A stretch of 24,000 bases of DNA from Pseudomonadota bacterium (GTDB taxonomy: Bacteria; Pseudomonadota; Alphaproteobacteria; Sphingomonadales; CAKZYD01), in assembly GCA_039026755.1 (NCBI GenBank), contig JBCCLR010000001.1, positions 1 through 24,000 on the forward strand. Direction: 5' to 3'. The notes beneath the pieces were generated by a model. It was not told the DNA's origin, made no database searches, and was given only the letters and a program-made list of their open reading frames with translations. Within the stretch, counting starts at the first letter, position 1. Each line of letters opens with the position of its first letter. This document shows positions 16,172 to 23,240 of the stretch, piece by piece. A program made the position numbers and the translations under genes.

Positions 16172-17593
16172 ATGATGCGGTATTTGAATTTGATTGCAGC
16201 AACCATTGTGCTTATTTCCAGTGCGGTTTGGCCTGCTGCGGCCCAGATCGATACGAACGAAGCACCTGAGCAAAATGGCGCGCTCGAACCATCTGCAGGG
16301 ACTCCGACTGCGCCAATTGTGGGTCGCAGCATCTTTGCGGTGCGTGATCTGGCAATCGACATCAATGCGTCATCTGCTGCCGCTGCGCGCAGGCAAGCGA
16401 TTGCACAAGCGCGCCGCATTGCATTTTCCACCGTTTTCGCGCGGCTCGTGGCGTTTGAAGACTTGGGCTTAGAGCCGGCACTAACCAATGCCGAGCTGGC
16501 GCGGTTGGTAAGCGCCGTGGATATCAGTGGCGAGAAGTCCTCTGCCAAGCGCTACGCAGCTATTTTATCTGTGACGTTTGATGAGGATGCCCTGATGCGG
16601 GTGTTTGAAAAGCTCGGCGTGACCTATACCGATGCGGAGACTCCGCCCATCGTCGTGCTGCCGGTTGTGCATTATGGCGGCGTTGATATGCTGTGGAGCG
16701 ATGACAATGTGTGGCGCGCTGCCTGGGTGGTTTCAGCCACACGCAATCAAAGCCTGGTTAATTATCAACTGCTCGAGCCCAGCTTTAACAACCTCACGCA
16801 GCTTAATCCGCTGACGCTGCAGCAATTACCGGCGGAGCAGGCGATATCCGTGATCCGGCAAAGCGGCGCAAGCGATATCGTTGTGGCCTACGCACGGGTG
16901 TTTTTTGACCCAGCATCGCGCAGCTATCTCAGCCAATTTGATGTTCGCCGAGGCCCACAACAATCGCCGTTTATGGACTTTGCGCTCACCCAGCGCCCAA
17001 CAGAAAGCCCTGCTGAGATGCTTGAGCGCGCTATCGCGCAAATTGACGCCGAACTGTCGGCACTTTGGAAGCGGCAACTGCTGGTGGAATATGCTCAAGC
17101 CGCGGACGTGACGGTCGCGGCACGCTTTGAAACACCCGCCCAATGGAGCGCTATCCAAACTGCGTTCAACACGGCGCGGCGCGTGCGTGATGTGTCCTTA
17201 TCAGAACTGAAAGTCAAAGAAGCTGAATTCACAGCCCGGTTCTTTGGTGACTTTGAGCCACTGGTGGAGAACCTGGCCGCTGCAGGCATCGCCGTAGAGC
17301 GCAATGCCCCCAACGCCTGGAGTGTCAGGCCATTAAGCCCGGAAGAAAGCGCTGAGCGCGATCCTTCTGAAGCCAATACGCTGGATGACTATGTGGACCC
17401 GCTGCAAAGCGGACTAAACGCGGCCGCAGCGAACAGTGCGGTAGAGGGTAATGCGCAGGCGGCTGCAGACACGCTCAACACAGCGGGGCAGCCGCCAGGT
17501 CCGATCAATGAGCCGGTCGGCGCGCGGGAGGCTTCGCAAACATCCATCATTGCAACCGAGCCAACTCTTGACACGGGGACCCCAGCGCCATGA
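16172..17593 (+). CDS. Secreted/periplasmic protein of unknown function (possibly DUF2066-like; assignment from memory, unverified)
   Basis: The track starts at GTG 16133. I prefer ATG 16172 or 16175 because MMRYLNLIAATIVLISSAVWPAAA-Q is a textbook Sec signal peptide. GGAG (16168-16171) is, however, too close for ideal SD spacing. Sustained non-repetitive coding with ordinary composition over about 400 aa, then an Ala/Pro/Asn/Thr-rich low-complexity tail. The stop overlaps the next gene's ATG (ATGA). I recognise no catalytic motif. Confidence 0.75.
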   Translation: MMRYLNLIAATIVLISSAVWPAAAQIDTNEAPEQNGALEPSAGTPTAPIVGRSIFAVRDLAIDINASSAAAARRQAIAQARRIAFSTVFARLVAFEDLGLEPALTNAELARLVSAVDISGEKSSAKRYAAILSVTFDEDALMRVFEKLGVTYTDAETPPIVVLPVVHYGGVDMLWSDDNVWRAAWVVSATRNQSLVNYQLLEPSFNNLTQLNPLTLQQLPAEQAISVIRQSGASDIVVAYARVFFDPASRSYLSQFDVRRGPQQSPFMDFALTQRPTESPAEMLERAIAQIDAELSALWKRQLLVEYAQAADVTVAARFETPAQWSAIQTAFNTARRVRDVSLSELKVKEAEFTARFFGDFEPLVENLAAAGIAVERNAPNAWSVRPLSPEESAERDPSEANTLDDYVDPLQSGLNAAAANSAVEGNAQAAADTLNTAGQPPGPINEPVGAREASQTSIIATEPTLDTGTPAP

Positions 17594-18693
17594 CGTTGCC
17601 GCGTTGGCTAGTGCCGGTCGTCTTTGTCGCCATCTTTTTCGCCTTTGTGTTTGCGGTAAAGGGGATTTTGCTTCCGTTTGTTGCGGGGCTAGCGATTGCG
17701 TATTTGTTCGACCCTGTGGTGGATAAAATGGAGCTTTGGGGGATAAAGCGTTGGGTCGCAGTACTCCTCATCTTGCTGGCCATTTTCGTTTTTACCGTGG
17801 TGTTCTTTATCTTGCTTGCGCCGCTGGTGACGCAGCAAGTCACAGCGCTGTTAAAGCTGTTGCCTGGCTATGCGGATTCTGTACGCGCATTGATTGAAAA
17901 GCTTGTTCAACAAGCTGGACAAGAGCGGGTCGAGGGGATTGCAGAGAATTACGGCAGTAAGCTATTTACCATCATAAGCGATGCATTCACCCGCTTTCTT
18001 GGCGGCAGTCTTGCCGTGTTTAACGTGCTGTCGCTGCTGCTGCTCACACCACTTGTGGCGTTTTATGTCCTCAAAGACTGGGACTATATGATGGCCCATA
18101 TTGACGCCTGGTTGCCACGCAAGCATCACGATACCATTCATGAGTTAGCAGCCGAAGTGGACCACGTTTTGTCTGGATTTGTGCGCGGCCAGCTTCTGGT
18201 GGCGAGCATTATGGGCGCACTTTATGCCATCGGTTGGTCGGTGATAGGTCTTGATTACGCAATTGTTTTAGCGCTCATTGCGGCGCTGTTGTGTCTTATC
18301 CCCTATGTTGGGCCACTGACCGGGTCACTGCTGGCGCTGCTTGTTGGCTTTGGCCAATTTGGCGATGACTTGGTGCGCCTTGCAGCCATCTTTGGCGTCC
18401 ACATTGGCGTGCAACTTTTAGAAGGTAATATTTTAACGCCGCGTCTGGTGGGCCAACGGGTTGGTCTTGATGATGTATGGGTTATCTTTGCTGTGCTTGC
18501 GGGCGCTGAGCTCATGGGCTTTGTTGGCATTCTCATCGCTGTCCCTTTTGCTGCCGTCGTTGCTGTGCTGCTGCGGTTTGGGCTGAAGCAATATCTTGCG
18601 AGCGACCTATATGGCGCGCCGCCTCCCGTTATTGATATGGAACAAGGCATTGATATGGAACAAGGCGCGGATCAGCCGCCGGATGGTGCCTAA
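17590..18693 (+). CDS. AI-2E family transporter (PerM/UPF0118-type multi-pass permease)
   Basis: 367 aa, strongly hydrophobic with multiple predicted TM stretches. Family-typical segments LLPFVAGLAIAYLFDPVV and LLEGNILTPRLVGQRVGL. Acidic cytoplasmic-looking tail containing the IDMEQG duplication. The start overlaps the upstream stop (ATGA), and the stop overlaps the hdaA start (TAATG). Confidence 0.85.
   Translation: MTLPRWLVPVVFVAIFFAFVFAVKGILLPFVAGLAIAYLFDPVVDKMELWGIKRWVAVLLILLAIFVFTVVFFILLAPLVTQQVTALLKLLPGYADSVRALIEKLVQQAGQERVEGIAENYGSKLFTIISDAFTRFLGGSLAVFNVLSLLLLTPLVAFYVLKDWDYMMAHIDAWLPRKHHDTIHELAAEVDHVLSGFVRGQLLVASIMGALYAIGWSVIGLDYAIVLALIAALLCLIPYVGPLTGSLLALLVGFGQFGDDLVRLAAIFGVHIGVQLLEGNILTPRLVGQRVGLDDVWVIFAVLAGAELMGFVGILIAVPFAAVVAVLLRFGLKQYLASDLYGAPPPVIDMEQGIDMEQGADQPPDGA
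18631..18666 (+). repeat. Perfect 18-bp in-frame tandem duplication (2 copies) in the permease C-terminal tail
   Basis: ATTGATATGGAACAAGGC occurs at 18631-18648 and again at 18649-18666 with no mismatch, encoding IDMEQG-IDMEQG. It ends 27 nt before the hdaA ATG. Confidence 0.95.
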
Positions 18694-19343
18694 TGGCAGA
18701 CCAATTGGCGCTAGACCTGCACAATCGCGATAACTGGTCACGCGATGCTTTTTTAATTGGCGGGCCCAACCAAAAGGCGGTGCAGATCATTGACAAGTGG
18801 CCCAACTGGCCGCAGCGCACGCTGCTCATTCATGGCCCCGCTGGTTGCGGTAAAACCCATCTGGCGCATCTCGCTGCGCAGCAGTCTGGCGGGCTTATAC
18901 TATCAGCCGGTCAGCTCAATGATTTAAGTTGGCGAGGCCATGCACATGTTGTTTTAGAGGACTTTGGTGACGATGCGTATAGCGAGAAGGCTTTATTTCA
19001 CCTGATCAATTGGGTGCGCGAGGAACGTGGTAGTCTGCTCATTACATCCCGCCTAGCGCCATCCGACTGGCCAATCACGCTGAAAGATCTGCGCTCACGC
19101 ATGAACGCCATAGTAGCCGTCGAGATTGCGCAGCCCAACGACATACTGTTGACGCAAATGCTCGTGAAAGACTTTGCAAATGTTGGTATTGTTCCAAGCG
19201 AAGACGTTGTCGGCTTTATCGAAAAGCGAATACCGCGTAGCTTTAGCGCCGTACGGCAGGCCGTTTTTGAGCTAAATCGCGCGGCCTATGCTGAAAAAAC
19301 AAGGGTCACAGTGCCTTTTGTGAAGCGTGTCATGCGTTGGTAA
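18693..19343 (+). CDS. hdaA: DnaA regulatory inactivator HdaA/Hda (DnaA-related AAA+ protein)
   Basis: 216 aa, too short for DnaA and lacking a DNA-binding domain IV. The N-terminal QLALDL (aa 4-9) fits the Hda clamp-binding QL-x-L-x-L motif. Walker A LIHGPAGCGKTHLAHL. DnaA/Hda-like LFHLINWVREERGSLLITS and LKDLRSRM (sensor/Arg region). Confidence 0.85.
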   Translation: MADQLALDLHNRDNWSRDAFLIGGPNQKAVQIIDKWPNWPQRTLLIHGPAGCGKTHLAHLAAQQSGGLILSAGQLNDLSWRGHAHVVLEDFGDDAYSEKALFHLINWVREERGSLLITSRLAPSDWPITLKDLRSRMNAIVAVEIAQPNDILLTQMLVKDFANVGIVPSEDVVGFIEKRIPRSFSAVRQAVFELNRAAYAEKTRVTVPFVKRVMRW

Positions 19344-19398
19344 TACTGTGTCGCCACGTCTAGCGCGGGCGGTAACCCTTGTTGGAAAGGACCCAAGT

Positions 19399-21582
19399 GT
19401 GGGCGACATGTCAAACCAGCCGGCGGTGGCGACTGAAACAGAGCCTAAAACAACCGAGGGCAATTGGCGCACGCGCTTTGCAGCCGCCTCGGATCAATTT
19501 AACAATCGTGAGCTGAGTTGGCTGAAATTTAACAGCCGGGTGCTGGAAGAAGCTGAAAATGCGGCGCATCCCGTCCTTGAACGGCTGCGGTTTTTGGCAA
19601 TTTCCGGCAGCAACTTGGATGAATTTTATATGGTCCGGGTCGCCGGTCTTAAAAGCCAGGTCGATGCTGGTGTTAATGCCCTTAGCGCCGATGGCTTAAC
19701 GCCCGCGCAGCAGCTAGATGCTATTAATGAAGCCACGCAAAAACTGCTGAAAAAACAGCAAGGCTGCTGGCAAAGTCTGCACCAGGAACTCATCGAGAAT
19801 GGCATTGAAGTACTCAGTGCGTCTGACGTGGATGATGGTGAAAGAGACTGGCTAGAGAACTATTTTCTAGAGCAACTTTTCCCTGTTTTAACGCCATTAG
19901 CGATCGATCCGGCGCACCCGTTTCCATTCATTCCAAATTTAGGCTTTTCACTGGTTCTTGAGCTACGCCGGAGAAGCGATGGTATGGCTTTAAGCGCATT
20001 GGTTCCATTGCCGGCTAAAGTGAAGCGTTTCATTAGGTTGCCCGGTGATCCCATCCGGTTTATCGCGCTTGAAGTGCTGCTGACCCTGTTTTTAGACCAG
20101 CTCTTTCCTGGCTATGACATCCTGTCACACGGCGCGTTTCGGGTGATTCGCGATAGCGATATTGAGGTGGAAGAAGAAGCCGAAGATCTAGTGCGCGTGT
20201 TTGAAACACTGCTCAAACGGCGCCGCCGCGGCAACGTCATCCGCCTCAAAGTCGAAGCCACCATGCCAACGAAGCTGAAGCGTATGGTGGTGCGCGAATT
20301 GGATGTTGATGAACGCGATGTGGTGGAGGTTGCGGGCATTCTGGGCATCAACGACCTGAGTTCGCTGATTGTTGATGATCGGCCGGAGCTGGTCTTCAAG
20401 CCCTATCAGCCGCGCTCACCTGAACGGGTGCGCGACCATGGTGGTGATTGTTTTGCTGCTATCCGCGCCAAGGATATTGTGGTGCATCACCCCTATGAGA
20501 GCTTTGATATCGTCCTATCCTTCCTGCAGCAGGCAGCGCAAGACCCAGACGTCATCGCCATTAAACAGACGCTTTATCGAGCAGGTAAGCAATCGACCAT
20601 CATTCGGGCGCTGAAGGATGCCGCCGAGGCAGGCAAAGCCGTGACAGCAGTGGTTGAGCTGAAAGCACGCTTTGATGAAGAACAGAATATTAAATGGGCA
20701 CGCGATTTAGAGCGCTCAGGCGTGCAGGTGGTCTATGGCTTTATTGAACTGAAGACCCACGCAAAAATGTCCATGGTCATTCGCCGCGAAGCTTCAGGTT
20801 TGCGCACCTACATGCATTTCGGTACAGGCAACTACCACCCCATTACCGCGAAAGTGTATACTGATCTGAGCTATTTTACCGTCAGCCCTAAGTTGGCGCT
20901 GGAGACCAGCCAAGTGTTCAATTATATCACCGGCTATATAAAACCCGCTGAGTTGTCGACGCTGGGCATGTCGCCCTTTAACATTCGCTCAAAGCTCATA
21001 GGCCTAATCGATGTTGAAATTGCCAACGCACGGGACGGAAAACCTGCGGCCATTTGGGCGAAGATGAACTCGCTGGTTGACCGGGAGATCATCCAAAAGC
21101 TTTACGATGCGTCCGAGGCTGGGGTTGAAATCGATCTTGTGGTGCGGGGAATATGCTGCTTGAAGCCGCAAGTGCCGGGATTGTCTGACAACATATCTGT
21201 AAAGAGCTGCATCGGCCGGTTTTTAGAGCACTCACGCATTGTGTGTTTTGCAAATGGCGCTGCTTTGCCCAGCCGACAAGCCAAGATCTATATCTCCTCT
21301 GCCGATTGGATGCCGCGCAATTTTGATCGCCGTGTTGAAGTTCTCGTTCCAATCGATAATCCAACCGTGCATGCGCAAATCCTCGACCAAGTGATGCTGG
21401 CGAATCTGAAAGACAATGTGCAAAGCTGGTCGTTGCAGGCTGATGGCACTTACAAACGGCTGCATGCGGAAAAAGACGCATCGCCGTTTAATTTGCACAC
21501 TTATTTCATGGACAACCCCAGTCTGTCCGGGCGCGGTGAAGCGTTGCAAGACCCTGCCGCAGTGCCGCAACTGTCGCTTTAA
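19399..21582 (+). CDS. ppk: Polyphosphate kinase 1
   Basis: PPK1 signatures: NRELSWLKFNSRVLEEA, NLDEFYMVRVAGL, KRRRRGNVIRL, autophosphorylation-site region ELKTHAKMSMV, and GRFLEHSRI. The track start GTG 19327 overlaps hdaA and adds an implausible leader. GTG 19399 has GGAAAGGA ending 7 nt upstream. ATG 19408 is the alternative start. Confidence 0.93.
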   Translation: MGDMSNQPAVATETEPKTTEGNWRTRFAAASDQFNNRELSWLKFNSRVLEEAENAAHPVLERLRFLAISGSNLDEFYMVRVAGLKSQVDAGVNALSADGLTPAQQLDAINEATQKLLKKQQGCWQSLHQELIENGIEVLSASDVDDGERDWLENYFLEQLFPVLTPLAIDPAHPFPFIPNLGFSLVLELRRRSDGMALSALVPLPAKVKRFIRLPGDPIRFIALEVLLTLFLDQLFPGYDILSHGAFRVIRDSDIEVEEEAEDLVRVFETLLKRRRRGNVIRLKVEATMPTKLKRMVVRELDVDERDVVEVAGILGINDLSSLIVDDRPELVFKPYQPRSPERVRDHGGDCFAAIRAKDIVVHHPYESFDIVLSFLQQAAQDPDVIAIKQTLYRAGKQSTIIRALKDAAEAGKAVTAVVELKARFDEEQNIKWARDLERSGVQVVYGFIELKTHAKMSMVIRREASGLRTYMHFGTGNYHPITAKVYTDLSYFTVSPKLALETSQVFNYITGYIKPAELSTLGMSPFNIRSKLIGLIDVEIANARDGKPAAIWAKMNSLVDREIIQKLYDASEAGVEIDLVVRGICCLKPQVPGLSDNISVKSCIGRFLEHSRIVCFANGAALPSRQAKIYISSADWMPRNFDRRVEVLVPIDNPTVHAQILDQVMLANLKDNVQSWSLQADGTYKRLHAEKDASPFNLHTYFMDNPSLSGRGEALQDPAAVPQLSL

Positions 21583-21693
21583 TCAAAAACGAGGCTTGCT
21601 GGCACGCTGGCGCGCGGCTAGGACTATAGGCGCACTGCAGGTCGCTCAGACTTGACAATTTGAGTGTGTTCGAAGGACTTCGGGGGGCTTTCG

Positions 21694-23232
21694 ATGGTAT
21701 CTCGCGCGCGCAGCCGCCTCGCAGCGATGTTTAACGCGGATTTATCCAAGGATACTTTTCCTGACATAAAGCCCATTGCGGTCATCGATATCGGCAGCAA
21801 CTCAGTCCGATTGGTGGTGTTTGACGGCTTGCAACGCGCGCCGCAGGCCCTGTTTAATGAGAAGGTAATGTGTGGGCTGGGCAAAGCGCTGACGCTCACC
21901 GGGCGCATGAGCGATGATGCGATGGAAAGCGCCTGCCAAACGTTGCGACGCTATGCCGCTGTTATTGATGATATGCAATGCCACGCGGTCCGGGCAGTTG
22001 CCACCGCGGCCGTGCGCGATGCCGACAATGGCGCACAGTTCGTTGCCCGCGTGAAGGCCGAGACCGGCCTAGAGGTGCAAGTGTTGGATGGCTCAGATGA
22101 AGCCTATTATTCAGCGCTTGGCGTTATTTCAGGCATCCCGAGCGCTGATGGTATTGTGGGTGATCTGGGCGGTGGCAGCCTCGAACTTGTACGCATTGCA
22201 GAGGGTGAGATGCATGAGCGGGTGACTTTACCGATTGGACCCGTGCGCCTGCTGGGTGACCCCAGTAGCGACTTGCGAAAGCGCCGAAAAGCGATTGATA
22301 GAGCGTTGAAATCCGTTGAGTGGCTTAAAAGCTACCCCGGTTTGCCGCTCTATATCGTTGGCGGGTCATGGCGTGCTCTGGCCCGAATTCATATTCAACG
22401 CGCGCGCTATCCACTCGGTATTTTGCACCAATACACAATGCAGCCCGATGATGTATCCGCGGTCTATCGTTTAGTGCGGCGCATCAGACCTGAAAAGCTG
22501 AGCAGGTTTCAAAAAGTGCCCCAGCGGCGGATTGAAGCCCTGCCCACGGCTGCACGTATTTTAGATCGTACAGTGGCGCTAACCGGCGCTTCAGAAGTGG
22601 TGGTTTCAGCGCTTGGCCTACGCGAGGGCATTTTATATGAGCAGCTTGACGATGCCTTGCGCGCGCGCGACCCATTGCTGGAAGCATGTAGACAAATCTC
22701 CAAGCGCTATAACCGGTTTGGCGATCAATCTGCGGCTTTGATGAACTGGCTCAATCCCGTATTTAAATATGGTCAGGAAAGGCCAGAAATGCAGCGCCTG
22801 CGCCAGGCGGTCTGCTTGATGAGTGATATCTCCTGGCGCGGGCACCCTGATTTTCGCGCGGAATCAGCGATTTATGCATCCTTGTTTGGCTGGTTCGTTG
22901 GCATAGATGCGCCGGGCAGGGCGGCGATGGGCCTTGCGTTGTTTACCAAATATGGCGCCAGGCCGACCGATGATCTTGGCGCTCTTGCCGGCTCATTGCT
23001 GAACAAGTCGGATACCGCCTGGGCGTTGCAGCTCGGTACGGCCCTTAGGCTTGCGCACCGGCTTGCCGGCGGTACACCGCGTGCGCTTGAGCAGACGTCC
23101 CTGCAGATTTCAAGCGATGGCATCGGCTTAAGGCTGGGCAGCACAAATGCAGGGTATTTCGGTGATGTTGTCGCGCGGCGATTGAATGATTTGGCAAAAG
23201 CGCTAGAGCTGCCGTCGCTAGGGATGCTCTAA
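21694..23232 (+). CDS. ppx: Exopolyphosphatase (Ppx/GppA family)
   Basis: ASKHA-fold N-terminus with IAVIDIGSNSVRLVVFD, ATAAVRDAxNG and DLGGGSLEL. The C-terminal domain is HD-like. Lies directly downstream of ppk as in E. coli. The track starts at GTG 21664. I prefer ATG 21694 (GGGGGG 6 nt upstream); ATG 21727 is also possible. Confidence 0.88.
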   Translation: MVSRARSRLAAMFNADLSKDTFPDIKPIAVIDIGSNSVRLVVFDGLQRAPQALFNEKVMCGLGKALTLTGRMSDDAMESACQTLRRYAAVIDDMQCHAVRAVATAAVRDADNGAQFVARVKAETGLEVQVLDGSDEAYYSALGVISGIPSADGIVGDLGGGSLELVRIAEGEMHERVTLPIGPVRLLGDPSSDLRKRRKAIDRALKSVEWLKSYPGLPLYIVGGSWRALARIHIQRARYPLGILHQYTMQPDDVSAVYRLVRRIRPEKLSRFQKVPQRRIEALPTAARILDRTVALTGASEVVVSALGLREGILYEQLDDALRARDPLLEACRQISKRYNRFGDQSAALMNWLNPVFKYGQERPEMQRLRQAVCLMSDISWRGHPDFRAESAIYASLFGWFVGIDAPGRAAMGLALFTKYGARPTDDLGALAGSLLNKSDTAWALQLGTALRLAHRLAGGTPRALEQTSLQISSDGIGLRLGSTNAGYFGDVVARRLNDLAKALELPSLGML

Positions 23233-23240
23233 CGCTTGCC

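Noticed and set aside
16015-16548. 177-aa ORF on the - strand that runs through the purM/orphan intergenic region. Its TGA overlaps the purM ATG as ATGA (16015-16018), which looks like a translationally coupled upstream gene or leader peptide. Internal Met options give 38-aa (ATG 16131) or 14-aa ([14 protein letters not shown]) uORFs.
   Set aside because: Two-thirds of it is antisense to the signal-peptide and N-terminal region of the + strand gene and has the Ala/Ser/Arg-rich composition typical of antisense frames. None of the candidate ATGs has an SD. The ATGA junction needs only an A after the purM ATG (1 in 4 by chance). It is worth a glance in ribosome-profiling data, but I do not call it.
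17718-17726. GGTGGATAA, an 8/9 match to the DnaA-box complement TGTGGATAA, upstream of hdaA. It is of interest because hdaA is DnaA-regulated in Caulobacter.
   Set aside because: It is a single imperfect site inside the permease coding region, about 970 bp from hdaA, and is expected by chance. There is no cluster of boxes.
19350-19407. Imperfect inverted repeat GTCGCCAC (19350-19357) / GTGGGCGAC (19399-19407) bracketing the ppk SD and candidate GTG start, a possible translational-control hairpin.
   Set aside because: It is only 8 bp with a bulge and a ~41-nt loop. That is thermodynamically marginal and easily produced by chance.
21652-21657. Perfect TTGACA hexamer between ppk and ppx as a ppx promoter -35 element.
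   Set aside because: There is no acceptable -10 element at 16-18 bp (GGACTT/GACTTC). It would also place the TSS on top of the ppx ribosome-binding site. Left uncalled, although it argues against the GTG 21664 start.
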